Source: Amnibacterium sp.
GTDB taxonomy: Bacteria > Actinomycetota > Actinomycetes > Actinomycetales > Microbacteriaceae
Direction of reading: 5' to 3'
Assembly (NCBI GenBank): GCA_035996305.1
Contig: DASYJR010000009.1
Span: 1 to 35,662, forward strand
DNA: 35,662 nucleotides
Part shown: in pieces, positions 11,570 through 21,089 of the stretch
Layout of the letters: each line of letters starts with the position of its first letter
How positions within the stretch are numbered: position 1 is the first letter of the stretch
Program-made: the position numbers and the translations under genes
The notes under the pieces: model-generated
The model's input: the letters and a program-made list of their open reading frames with translations, nothing else
Database searches by the model: none
What the model was told of the DNA's origin: nothing

Positions 11570-13183
11570 TCAGTCGGGGATCAACGCGTGCTCGTACGCG
11601 AACGCCGTCATGGCGGCGCGGTTGGCGAGCTGCAGCTTGCTCAGCACGTTGCCGACGTGGCGCGCCACCGTCCGTTCGCTGATGACGAGGTGGTTCGCGA
11701 TCTCCCGGTTGCCGAGTCCACGGGCGACCAGGCGCACCACCTCGACCTCGCGGGGGGTCAGCGGCGCGACCGCGGCGGGCAGGCCGCTCCGGTCCGCGCC
11801 GTCGAGGTCCTCGAGCTCGGCGAGAGCGCCGAGGTCCGCGAACACGTGCCGCGCCGCGTCGAGCTCCATCCCGGCGGCGTCCTCGTCGCCCAGGGCGCGG
11901 GCGGCGGCGGCGACCACCACACGGGTGACCGCCGCCTCGTAGGGGGCGGCCATCGATCGCCAGGCGACCCAGGCGCGACGCAGCACCGGCAGCGCCTCGT
12001 CCGCCCGGCCGTCGGCGACGAGCAGGCGCCCCCGCGCCCGGTCGGCCTGCGCGTGCAGGTAGGAGGTGCGCACCCGGTCCGCGAGGTCCGCCAGGGCGTG
12101 GGCGGCCTCCCGTGCGCCGTCGAGGTCGCCGACGGCGAGCCGGATCCGGCACGCCGCGTCGAGCAGGTCCGCCCGATCCCCCGGAGGCGGAGCCGCGGCC
12201 AGGGCACGGGCCACCCCTGCGAGGGCGGCCGCCGACCGGCCCTGACGCAGGCGGAGCAGCGCGAGCCCCGGTTGGGGATCGCGTCCCGCGTCGGCGGCCT
12301 CCCGGTACGCCCGCTCGGCCTCGCCCGTCGCGCCGCCCAGGCGGGCGAGCTCCGCCTCCCGGTACGCCCGCTCGCCGGGCGGCACGCCGGTCGACGGCTC
12401 GTCGAGCCCGTCGAGGGTGTTCCTCGCGTCGGACCACGCCCCGCCGATCTGCTGCAGGGTCGCCCGGTGCAGCATGCAGGCGCCGCGGAACGGCACCAGC
12501 CCCACCTGGGCGTCGCACCAGTCCGACAGGGCCGCGGTCCACTCGCGAGCGCGGGCGAGGTCACGCCGTGCCATGCAGCTGGCGATGACGGCGCAGTAGC
12601 CGGCTCCGGCGACCAGGTCGCCGGCCGCGCCGGACGCGATCTGGAGCATCACCCGATCCATGCAGGCGAAGCCCCGCTCGGTGTCTCCCGCCGCGACGAG
12701 TGCGCGCCCGCAGCCCATGAGCGCGAGGATCAGCAGATCCGGATCGCCCAGCCGATCCGCCCGGGCGGCCGCCTGCTCGAAGAGCCGCACGGCACCGGGC
12801 CCGTCGCCGGCGGACCAGCCGCGGAACGCGTGCGCGAGCAGGACCAGGACGGTCGTCGACGAGTCCGGCGGCGCGTCGGCGGCGAGCTCCACGAGGCGGG
12901 CTCCCCAGGCCCCGGCCTGGGCGCCGTCCCCGCGGTTGCCGAGGGTGAAGCCGATCCAGAAGACGCAGCGTGCCGCCGCGGTGGGATCGCCGCCCGTGTC
13001 GTACGCGCGGTGAGCGCGATCCCACGCGTGCACGGCGTCGTCCGTGCGGCCCGTCAGCTCGAGGGCGAGCCCGAGCCGCGCGAGTCCCTCGGCGCCGAGG
13101 CGTCCTGCCGCGTCCGCTCGAACGAGCGTCTCCGCCTCGGCGCGCCAGTCCGTCCGCACGGCACCTCCCGGACCGGGTTCCAC
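11570..13183 (-). CDS. LuxR-family transcriptional regulator with long helical (TPR-like) N-terminal region
   Basis: C-terminal LTPREVEVVRLVARGLGNREIANHLVISERTVARHVGNVLSKL; alternative GTG start at 13159. Confidence 0.88.
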   Translation of the reverse strand: MEPGPGGAVRTDWRAEAETLVRADAAGRLGAEGLARLGLALELTGRTDDAVHAWDRAHRAYDTGGDPTAAARCVFWIGFTLGNRGDGAQAGAWGARLVELAADAPPDSSTTVLVLLAHAFRGWSAGDGPGAVRLFEQAAARADRLGDPDLLILALMGCGRALVAAGDTERGFACMDRVMLQIASGAAGDLVAGAGYCAVIASCMARRDLARAREWTAALSDWCDAQVGLVPFRGACMLHRATLQQIGGAWSDARNTLDGLDEPSTGVPPGERAYREAELARLGGATGEAERAYREAADAGRDPQPGLALLRLRQGRSAAALAGVARALAAAPPPGDRADLLDAACRIRLAVGDLDGAREAAHALADLADRVRTSYLHAQADRARGRLLVADGRADEALPVLRRAWVAWRSMAAPYEAAVTRVVVAAAARALGDEDAAGMELDAARHVFADLGALAELEDLDGADRSGLPAAVAPLTPREVEVVRLVARGLGNREIANHLVISERTVARHVGNVLSKLQLANRAAMTAFAYEHALIPD

Positions 13184-13241
13184 CGCCGTTCGCCTCCAGC
13201 CGCCTCGTCAGCCCGAGCGTAGGGCGCGCGTCCCCGCGGCG

Positions 13242-13958
13242 TCAGGTCGGGAGGTCCCGCAGCACCGCCGTCGACGCCTCGACGATCGCGTCGAGCAGCG
13301 CGGCACCCTTCGCAGCGGTCGCCGGGCCGGCGTCGCCGAAGACCCCGCTGACCGAGAACGGATGCATCCGCATCGGCCGCACGCCGAAGTCCGAGGGGAA
13401 GGCCGGATACTCCGCGGGCCGTTCGTCGCCGACGAGGCGCGGGGCGAGGTGCAGCAGCAGCGACGTCTCGATCTCCTCGGCGTGCGCGAGGCCCGCGGCC
13501 GCGGGACGGCTCTCCCGCACCCGCTCGATCGCGGCATCGAGCCCCGGGTGGTCGAGGACGACCGCCGGCAGCACGCTCGCGAGGCGCCGCGCGGCCACGG
13601 CGAGCGGCGCCCGATTGCCCCAGTCGCCGTTCACGACGACGAGCGCGCGGGCGCCGGAGGCGGCGACGGCACGGCCGATGTCCTCCGCGATCGCGGTCAC
13701 GGTCTCCGCCCGCAGGGACACCGTGCCGGGGTAGCCGGACATGTTCCAGGTGTCGCCGTAGGGCACGGCCGGGAGCAGCAGCGCGTCGAGCCGGCCGGCG
13801 AGGGCGGCCGCGACCGCCTCGGCGGTGATCGTGTCGGTCGCCAGCGGCAGGTGCGGGCCGTGCTGCTCCAGGGCCCCGAACGGCAGCACCGCGATGCCGC
13901 GCGTGCCGGCCAGATGCGCCGCGACCTGCGGGGCGCTCGCCGTCGCCGCGACGAGCAT
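13242..13958 (-). CDS. Creatininase-family metallo-amidohydrolase
   Basis: LPFGALEQHGPHLPLATD, YPGTVSL, NGDWGN, HAEEIETS, SGVFGD..AT..KG; TGATG-coupled to the upstream gene. Confidence 0.88.
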   Translation of the reverse strand: MLVAATASAPQVAAHLAGTRGIAVLPFGALEQHGPHLPLATDTITAEAVAAALAGRLDALLLPAVPYGDTWNMSGYPGTVSLRAETVTAIAEDIGRAVAASGARALVVVNGDWGNRAPLAVAARRLASVLPAVVLDHPGLDAAIERVRESRPAAAGLAHAEEIETSLLLHLAPRLVGDERPAEYPAFPSDFGVRPMRMHPFSVSGVFGDAGPATAAKGAALLDAIVEASTAVLRDLPT

Positions 13959-15376
13959 CACGGGTTGTAGTCCTGGATGCGGCGTCCGTGCGAGGTGTCG
14001 CGCAGCTCGGGTACGCGGCGGTTCAGCTCCTCGATCGCCTCGGTGAGGTCGAGGCCCACGAGGCGCCCGTCGCGCACGACCACCCGGCCCTCCACGACGA
14101 CCGTGCGGACGTCCGTCGACTTCACGCTCAGCACCAGCGCCGCCGCGAGGTCGTGCATCGGCTGCAGGTGCGGGCCGGACAGGTCGATCAGGGCGATGTC
14201 CGCGCGATGGCCGGGCAGCAGCGCCCCGATGCGGCCGCCCTGCCCGACCGTGAGGGCGCTCTGCCGGGTCGCGAGGTCGAGCGCGTGCGCGGAGGTCAGC
14301 CAGGTCGCGTCGCGCGCCTTGTCCTTCTCGACGAGCGACAGCATCCGCATGCTCTCGAGCACGTCGAGGGTGTTGTGCGAGCCGGGGCCGTCGGTGCCGA
14401 CGCCGACGGGCACGCCGCCGTCGTGCAGCAGCCGCACCGGTGTCGTGCTGCCTTGCGCGTGCTTGAGGTAGACCTTGTCGCAGCAGGCGACCCCGATCCG
14501 GTCCGCCGCGGGGGACAGCCAGCGCAGGTCGTCCTCGGTGATGCCCGCGCCGTGCGCGATGAGCACCCCCGAGTCGAGCAGGCCGGTGTCGTGCAGCACC
14601 TGCACCGGCGTGATGCCCCGGGCGGCGAGGCTCGACTCCGTCTGGTTCATGCCTTCGGCCGCATGGATGTGGGTGAGCACGCCGAGCCGCGACGCGATCT
14701 CCGCCGTGCGGGCGAGGTCGGCGTCGTTCACCGTGTAGGTGGCGTGCGGGCCCATCGCGGCGGTGATGCGGCCGCCGGCGCGGCCGTGCCACTCTTCGGC
14801 GAAGGCGGCGGAACGCTCGAGCCCCGCCGGGCCCTCGGAGGAGAAGTAGGTCGGCGCGAGCAGGGCCCGGATGCCGGACGCCTCGACCTCGCGCGCGATC
14901 TCGTCCATCGAGAAGTAGTGGTCGGCGAACGTCGTGACCCCCGCGAGCAGCATCTCGCCGATCGCGAGCCGGGCGCCGAGCGCCACGTCGCGCGGCGTGA
15001 GGTTCACCTCCATGGGCCAGATGTGGTCGTTGAACCACGAGGAGGTGGGGACGTCCTCCGCCGCAGAACGGAACATCGTCATCGCCGAGTGGGTGTGGCA
15101 GTTGATGAGGCCCGGGATCGCGACATGGCCCCGAGCGTCGATGATCTCGGCGCCGCGCCGGTCGTCGTCGGTGAGGTCCTCGGTCGGCACCACCCAGGCG
15201 ATCGCGCCGTCGACGACGCCGATCGCGTGGTCCGGGAGCAGCACCGCCTTCGCCCGGAGCGCCTCCGGGGAGTCCGGGTATCCGGGCGCCGCCGGCTCCG
15301 TGTGCGTCAGGACGGTGGCGCCCGTGATCACGAGGGAGGGGGAGGGCGAGCCCGTCGGGCCGTCGGCGTCCGTCAC
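13958..15376 (-). CDS. Amidohydrolase, MtaD/AtzA-like deaminase family
   Basis: PGLINCHTH, GVTTFADHY, GPHATY, HIHAAE, AHG, GTDG; GTG at 15376 lies 6 nt after TACGAT. Confidence 0.88.
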   Translation of the reverse strand: MTDADGPTGSPSPSLVITGATVLTHTEPAAPGYPDSPEALRAKAVLLPDHAIGVVDGAIAWVVPTEDLTDDDRRGAEIIDARGHVAIPGLINCHTHSAMTMFRSAAEDVPTSSWFNDHIWPMEVNLTPRDVALGARLAIGEMLLAGVTTFADHYFSMDEIAREVEASGIRALLAPTYFSSEGPAGLERSAAFAEEWHGRAGGRITAAMGPHATYTVNDADLARTAEIASRLGVLTHIHAAEGMNQTESSLAARGITPVQVLHDTGLLDSGVLIAHGAGITEDDLRWLSPAADRIGVACCDKVYLKHAQGSTTPVRLLHDGGVPVGVGTDGPGSHNTLDVLESMRMLSLVEKDKARDATWLTSAHALDLATRQSALTVGQGGRIGALLPGHRADIALIDLSGPHLQPMHDLAAALVLSVKSTDVRTVVVEGRVVVRDGRLVGLDLTEAIEELNRRVPELRDTSHGRRIQDYNP

Positions 15377-15428
15377 CCGTTCATCGTAGGAGCGGCATGG
15401 AAGGATCATCTCGGCGGAAGGACGCGGC

Positions 15429-16619
15429 ATGCTCGAGCGGATACCGGGCGTCGAGCTGTGGGACGGGGAGCGCCTCCGCGGGCCGGTCGACATCCGTCTG
15501 CGCGCGGACGGGCCCGACGCGGTCGTGGACGCCGTCGAACCCGCTGCGACGGCCCGCTACGCCGCCATCCCGGGGCTGGTCGACACGCACGTGCACCTCA
15601 TCGGGGAGGCGACGGGCGCCCGGGCCGACTTCCTCACCTGGCCGCTCGTCACCCGGCCGGAGGAGCGGGTGCTGCACGGGCTCGCGAACGCGAGGGCGGC
15701 CCTGGCCGGCGGCGTGACCACGCTGCGCGACCTCGCGGCCGACGACGTGCAGTTCTCCCTCCGCCGGGCCCTCGACGCCGGAGTGGTGCCCGGTCCGCGG
15801 CTCGTCGCGCACGGCATGGTCGGCATGACGGCCGGCCACGCCGACCTCTTCACGCCGCCCGCGATCACGGACCGGCCGCCGGTCGCCGACGGCCCCGACG
15901 AGTGCCGCAGGCTCGTCCGCCGGTGGGCGCGAGCCGGCGCGGACGGGATCAAGATCGCGACGAGCGGCGGGGTGCTCTCGGTCGGGGACCGGGCCGCGTG
16001 GCGCAACCACACACCGGAGGAGATCGCCGCGATCGTGGACGAGGCGCACGCGCTCGGGATGCGGGTCGCCGCGCACGCGCACACCGAGGAGGGCATTCGC
16101 ATCGCCCTGCAGCAGGGCGTCGACTCGATCGAGCACGGCACCCTGATCACCGGGGACCAGGCCGAGGCCGTTGTGCGGCGCGGGATCCCCGTCGCACCGA
16201 CGCTGCTCATCAACGACCGGATCGCGGAGGGCCGCGGGGCGTCCGACGACCAGGCCGCGAAGGCCCGGGAGCTGCTCGAGCGGCGCGACGGCCTGCTCGG
16301 AGACGCCGCGCGGCGCGGGGTCGACTTCGTGCTCGGCACCGACGCGAACGGGTTCCACGTCCGCTTCGGCGAGCAGATGACGGAGGTGCGCCGCATGGCG
16401 GCGCTGTTCGGCTGGGACGCGGAGCGGGCGCTCGTCGCCGCCACGTCCGCGGCGGCGGGGGCGATCGGCCGCGAGGACGTCGGCCGCGTGCGTCCCGGCG
16501 CGAAGGCGGACCTCGTCGTGCTGGAACGGCGGCCCTGGGAGGACCTCGACGCGCTCCGGGTGGAGGAGATCGTGGCGGTCGTCAGCCGGGGCGAGGTCGT
16601 CGCCGGGGCGCTGCCCTGA
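15429..16619 (+). CDS. Amidohydrolase, Xaa-Pro dipeptidase/carboxypeptidase-like family
   Basis: PGLVDTHVH, GVTTLRD, GHAD, IKIATSGGVLS, AAHAH, SIEHGT, GTDA. Confidence 0.88.
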   Translation: MLERIPGVELWDGERLRGPVDIRLRADGPDAVVDAVEPAATARYAAIPGLVDTHVHLIGEATGARADFLTWPLVTRPEERVLHGLANARAALAGGVTTLRDLAADDVQFSLRRALDAGVVPGPRLVAHGMVGMTAGHADLFTPPAITDRPPVADGPDECRRLVRRWARAGADGIKIATSGGVLSVGDRAAWRNHTPEEIAAIVDEAHALGMRVAAHAHTEEGIRIALQQGVDSIEHGTLITGDQAEAVVRRGIPVAPTLLINDRIAEGRGASDDQAAKARELLERRDGLLGDAARRGVDFVLGTDANGFHVRFGEQMTEVRRMAALFGWDAERALVAATSAAAGAIGREDVGRVRPGAKADLVVLERRPWEDLDALRVEEIVAVVSRGEVVAGALP

Positions 16620-16638
16620 CCCGGATACCGTGATCGGC

Positions 16639-17937
16639 GTGACCGAAGCATTCGACGCCGTCGACCTCATCGTCGCCAAGCGGGAGCGCCGCACCCTCGC
16701 GACCGGCGAGATCGACTGGCTGGTCGACGCCTACACGCGCGGCGTCGTCGCCGACGAGCAGATGTCGGCGTGGGCGATGGCGGTGCTGCTGAACGGCATG
16801 GACCGCCGCGAGATCCGGGACCTCACCCTCGCGATGATCGCGTCCGGTGAGCGGATGTCGTTCGAGGGCCTCGGACGGCCGACGGTCGACAAGCACTCGA
16901 CCGGAGGCGTCGGCGACAAGATCACGCTGCCGCTCGCGCCGCTCGTCGCCGCCTTCGGCGTCGCCGTGCCGCAGCTGTCGGGCCGCGGGCTCGGCCACAC
17001 CGGCGGCACCCTCGACAAGCTCGAGTCGATCCCCGGCTGGGGGGCCGACGTGGCGCCCGACGCCGTGCGTCGGCAGCTCGCGGAGATCGGCGCGGTGATC
17101 TGCGCCGCCGGCGGCGACCTCGCGCCAGCCGACAAGCGCCTCTACGCCCTCCGCGACACCACGGGGACCGTCGAGGCGATCCCGCTCATCGCGTCGAGCA
17201 TCATGTCGAAGAAGATCGCCGAGGGCACCGCCGCGCTCGTGCTCGACGTGAAGTTCGGGTCCGGGGCCTTCATGCGGCGGCGGGAGGATGCGGACGAGCT
17301 CGCCGGCACGATGGTCGACCTCGGCACCGACGCGGGCGTCACCACCGTCGCGCTGCTGACCGACATGTCGGTCCCGCTCGGCCTGGCGATCGGCAACGCG
17401 GTCGAGGTCGCCGAGAGCGTCGAGGTGCTGGCGGGCGGCGGGCCGGCCGACGTGCGCGAGCTCACCCTGGCGCTCGCCCGGGAGATGCTCGCGCTCGCGG
17501 GGCAGCCCGACGCGGACCCGGCGGCCGCCCTCGACGACGGCCGGGCGATGGACGTGTGGCGGCGGATGATCGCCGCGCAGGGCGGCGATCCCGACGCACC
17601 GCTGCCCGAGGCGCGGGAGCGCACCACGATCACGGCGGAGACCGGCGGCGTGCTCGTCGAGCAGGACGCCAAGGGCGTGGGCGTCGCCGCCTGGCGGCTC
17701 GGCGCCGGCCGGGCCCGCCAGGGCGACCCGGTGCAGCCCGGGGCGGGCGTGCTCCTGCACGCGAAGCGCGGCGACCGCGTGACCGCCGGGCAGCCCCTCG
17801 CGACGCTCCTCACGGACGACGCCGGCCGCATCCCGCGCGCCGAATCGATGCTCAGGGAGGCGCTGCGCATCGCTCCCGCGGGCACCGCCGTGGAGCCGCG
17901 TCCGCTCGTGGCCGGCCGCATCGCCGCCGGCGGCTGA
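16639..17937 (+). CDS. deoA: Thymidine/pyrimidine-nucleoside phosphorylase
   Basis: DKHSTGGVGDK, SGRGLGHTGGTLDKLE, SIMSKKIAEG, LDVKFGSGAFM; GTG 16639 lies 7 nt after TACCGT. Confidence 0.96.
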   Translation: MTEAFDAVDLIVAKRERRTLATGEIDWLVDAYTRGVVADEQMSAWAMAVLLNGMDRREIRDLTLAMIASGERMSFEGLGRPTVDKHSTGGVGDKITLPLAPLVAAFGVAVPQLSGRGLGHTGGTLDKLESIPGWGADVAPDAVRRQLAEIGAVICAAGGDLAPADKRLYALRDTTGTVEAIPLIASSIMSKKIAEGTAALVLDVKFGSGAFMRRREDADELAGTMVDLGTDAGVTTVALLTDMSVPLGLAIGNAVEVAESVEVLAGGGPADVRELTLALAREMLALAGQPDADPAAALDDGRAMDVWRRMIAAQGGDPDAPLPEARERTTITAETGGVLVEQDAKGVGVAAWRLGAGRARQGDPVQPGAGVLLHAKRGDRVTAGQPLATLLTDDAGRIPRAESMLREALRIAPAGTAVEPRPLVAGRIAAGG

Positions 17938-17980
17938 ACCGGCGGGCGCGGGACGGCCCGCGCCCGGTAGCCTGGGCCGC

Positions 17981-19096
17981 GTGTCGGGGGCTTCAGGGTG
18001 GTTGCTGTGGAACGACGTGGACGCCGCGCGCCTGCCGAAGGTGTCGCTGCACGACCACCTCGACGGCGCCCTCCGCGCCGCGACGATCGTCGAGCTCGCG
18101 GATGAGGCGGGGATCGAGCTGCCGGACAGGGATCCGTCGGCCCTCGAGACCTGGTTCCACGAGCAGGCCGACTCGGGCTCGCTCGTCGACTACCTGACGA
18201 CCTTCGACGTCACCACGTCGGTGATGCAGACCGCCGCGTCGCTCACCCGCGTCGCCCGCGAGTACGTGCTCGACCTCGCGGCCGACGGCGTCGTCTACGG
18301 CGAGGTGCGCTGGGCGCCAGAGCAGCACCTCACGGGCGGCCTCGGCCTCGACCAGGCCGTGGAGGCCGTGCAGGCCGGGCTCGAGCAGGGCGTCGAGGTC
18401 GTGCGCCAGGACGGCGGCAGCATCCGCGTCGGCCAGCTCATCACGGCGATGCGGCACAACGACCGCGGCCTGGAGATCGCCGAGCTGGCGCTCCGCCACC
18501 GCGACCACGGCGCCGTCGGCTTCGACATCGCGGGCGCCGAGGCGGGCTTCCCGCCCTCACGGCACCGCATCGCCTTCGACTTCCTCGCCGAGCACTGCTT
18601 CCCCGCCACCGTGCACGCGGGGGAGGCGGACGGGCTCGACTCCATCCGCTCGGCCCTCGTCGACGGCCGCGCGCTGCGGCTCGGCCACGGGGTGCGGATC
18701 GCGGAGGACCTGGTGCTCGAGCGCGAGGACCAGGAGAACTCCTACGTCACGGTCGGGCGGCTCGCCCGGTGGGTGCGCGACCGGCAGATCCCGCTCGAGC
18801 TGTCGCCGCAGTCGAACCTGCAGACCGGCGCGATCGCCGCGTGGGGCGACCGGCTCGAGGACCATCCGTTCGACCTGCTCTACCAGCTCGGCTTCCGGGT
18901 GACCGTGAACACCGACAACCGGCTGATGAGCGACACGAGCCTCTCCAAGGAGCTGTCGCTGCTCACCGACGCGTTCGACTACGACCTCGACGACCTGCTC
19001 ACCTTCCAGCTGAACGCCGCCGAGGCGGCCTTCCTGCCGCTCGAGGACCGCGACGAGCTCGGCGACACGATCACCCGCGGCTTCGAGGCGATCTGA
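17981..19096 (+). CDS. add: Adenosine deaminase
   Basis: LHDHLDG, GFDIAGAE, HAGE, RLGHG, NTDNRLMS. Confidence 0.94.
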   Translation: MSGASGWLLWNDVDAARLPKVSLHDHLDGALRAATIVELADEAGIELPDRDPSALETWFHEQADSGSLVDYLTTFDVTTSVMQTAASLTRVAREYVLDLAADGVVYGEVRWAPEQHLTGGLGLDQAVEAVQAGLEQGVEVVRQDGGSIRVGQLITAMRHNDRGLEIAELALRHRDHGAVGFDIAGAEAGFPPSRHRIAFDFLAEHCFPATVHAGEADGLDSIRSALVDGRALRLGHGVRIAEDLVLEREDQENSYVTVGRLARWVRDRQIPLELSPQSNLQTGAIAAWGDRLEDHPFDLLYQLGFRVTVNTDNRLMSDTSLSKELSLLTDAFDYDLDDLLTFQLNAAEAAFLPLEDRDELGDTITRGFEAI

Positions 19097-19097
19097 C

Positions 19098-19379
19098 GTG
19101 GCGGTGAAGATCCTCACCATCTGCGGCGCGGGCGTCGGCACGAGCGAGATCCTGCGGGTCTCCGCCTCGCGGGCGCTCGCCCGGCTCGGCATCGAGGCCG
19201 AGGTCGTCGCCACGGACGTGCAGCACGTGCAGGAGCTCGCCGACGACGCGCAGGTCATCCTCGCGACGCCGGAGCACGTGAAGCACATCGGCCGCACCTA
19301 CGCGCAGGTGATCGTCATCCAGAACATCCTCGATCAGGAGGAGCTGACGGAGAAGCTGGCCGACGCCCTCGGCGACTGA
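19098..19379 (+). CDS. PTS EIIB subunit (ascorbate/galactitol/lactose-type fold), stand-alone
   Basis: KILTICGAGVGTSEIL phosphoryl-Cys P-loop; 93 aa. Confidence 0.85.
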   Translation: MAVKILTICGAGVGTSEILRVSASRALARLGIEAEVVATDVQHVQELADDAQVILATPEHVKHIGRTYAQVIVIQNILDQEELTEKLADALGD

Positions 19380-19458
19380 CCACCCCACACGCACACTTGC
19401 CACTTTCTGCCCTCATCCGGGTGGTTTGAGGGCAGAAAGCGGCAAGTGTGCGGTTCAG
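19376..19458. repeat. REP-like intergenic palindrome, copy 1
   Basis: 26-nt arms at 19390-19415 and 19427-19452 (25/26 complementary); homologous to 34425-34504; lies between convergent genes. Confidence 0.85.
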
Positions 19459-21089
19459 GCGAGGAGGGCGCGGACGCCCTCCCGGAGGGACGTCAGGGTC
19501 GCGTCCGTCGCCGACCGGCGGGACTCCGGCGTCGTCGCATCGGACCACACGTCGAGGTACGCCTTCAGCTTGGGCTCCGTGCCGCTCGGCCGCACGACGA
19601 GGCGGGCGCCGCCGGACAGCGTGAAGCGCAGCACGTCGGAGGGGGGCAGCCCGTCCGCCCCGTCGCGCAGGTCGTCGATCGACTCGACGTCCAGACCGCC
19701 GATGTCGGCCGGCGGCGTCCGGCGGAGCCGCGCCATGATCCGGTCGATCTCGGCGAGGTCGGCCACGCGGAGCGAGACCTGGTCGGAGTCGAACCGGCCG
19801 ATCGCCGCCTCGATCTCGGCCAGCCGGTCGCCGATCGTGCGGCCCTCCGCGGCCAGGCGCACCGCCTCGCGGAGCACGACCACGAGCGCCGAGACGCCGT
19901 CCTTGTCGCGCACGGTGGCCGGATCGACGAGGTAGCCGAGCGCCTCCTCGAAGCCGAAGAGCAGGGCGGGTGCGCGGGAGATCCACTTGAAGCCCGTGAG
20001 CGTCTGCGCGGACGAGAAGCCGAACGCCTCCGCGATGCGGCCGAGTCCTGGCGTGGACACGATCGAGGTGGCGAGGGTGCCGCCCGCCGCGTGCGTGCCC
20101 TTCGCGATCGTCCAGCCGAGCAGCAGGCCCGTCTCGTTGCCGCTGAGCCGGCGCCAGCCGCCCTCGCCGCCGGGGATCGCGACGGCCAGCCGGTCGGCGT
20201 CGGGATCGTTCGCGAGCACGAGCGCCGCGTCCGACGCCCGCGCGGTCGCGAACGCCGCGTCGAGCGTGCCGGGCTCCTCGGGGTTGGGGAACGGCGCCGT
20301 CGGGAAGTCCGGATCCGGGTCCGCCTGCGACGGCACGACGACCGGTTCCGGCAGCCCGGCGGCGGCCAGCACCCGCCGAACCGTCGCGAGCCCGACGCCG
20401 TGCATCGGCGTGTAGACCCAGGACAGGTCGCCCCGGACGCCGTCGGCCAGCTGCGCGGTCGCGGTCACGTACCGGTCGACGAGGTCGTCGCCCGCGACGG
20501 TCACGGCGTCGGCCCGGTCCGGCAGGCCACCCCGGGCGGTGACGGCGTCGATCTGCTCGAGCACCCGCGCGTCGTCGGGGCTCACCAGCTGCGAGCCGGC
20601 GTCGGCGCCGCCGAGGTAGAGCTTGTAGCCGTTGTCGGGCGCGGGGTTGTGGGACGCCGTGATCATCACGCCGGCACTCGCGTCGAGGTCGCGGACCGCG
20701 AAGGCGAGCACCGGCGTCGGCAGGGCCCGCGGCAGCAGCGTGACGTCGACGCCGGCGGCGGCGAGCACCTCGGCGGCGTCCCGGGCGAAGCGGTCGGACT
20801 TGTGGCGCGCGTCGTGCCCGATCACGGCGGACGGGCGGTCGGTGCGGGTCGCGAGGAAGCGGGCGAGCCCGGCGGAGGTGCGCATCACGACGACCCGGTT
20901 CATCCGGTTCGGTCCCGCACCGAGCGCGCCGCGCAGTCCGGCCGTGCCGAACTCGAGCCGCCCGCCGAACCGCTCCGCGAGCCCCTCGCGGTCGTCCTCG
21001 TCGAGCAGGCGGCGCAGCTCCGCGACGGTGTCGGGATCCGGATCGATCGCGAGCCACGCCTCGGCCGAGGCCCGCAGCTCGTCGTTCAC
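19455..21089 (-). CDS. Phospho-sugar mutase (PGM/PMM family; possibly phosphopentomutase activity by context)
   Basis: FGTAGLRG, ITASHNP..DNGYK, NDPDADR, FEEALG, RPSGTEPKLKAY; GTG 21089 overlaps the punA stop. Confidence 0.93.
   Translation of the reverse strand: MNDELRASAEAWLAIDPDPDTVAELRRLLDEDDREGLAERFGGRLEFGTAGLRGALGAGPNRMNRVVVMRTSAGLARFLATRTDRPSAVIGHDARHKSDRFARDAAEVLAAAGVDVTLLPRALPTPVLAFAVRDLDASAGVMITASHNPAPDNGYKLYLGGADAGSQLVSPDDARVLEQIDAVTARGGLPDRADAVTVAGDDLVDRYVTATAQLADGVRGDLSWVYTPMHGVGLATVRRVLAAAGLPEPVVVPSQADPDPDFPTAPFPNPEEPGTLDAAFATARASDAALVLANDPDADRLAVAIPGGEGGWRRLSGNETGLLLGWTIAKGTHAAGGTLATSIVSTPGLGRIAEAFGFSSAQTLTGFKWISRAPALLFGFEEALGYLVDPATVRDKDGVSALVVVLREAVRLAAEGRTIGDRLAEIEAAIGRFDSDQVSLRVADLAEIDRIMARLRRTPPADIGGLDVESIDDLRDGADGLPPSDVLRFTLSGGARLVVRPSGTEPKLKAYLDVWSDATTPESRRSATDATLTSLREGVRALLA

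Noticed and set aside
19376-19458. CRISPR repeat or IS end
   Set aside because: Only two copies 15 kb apart, with no spacers, cas genes or transposase.
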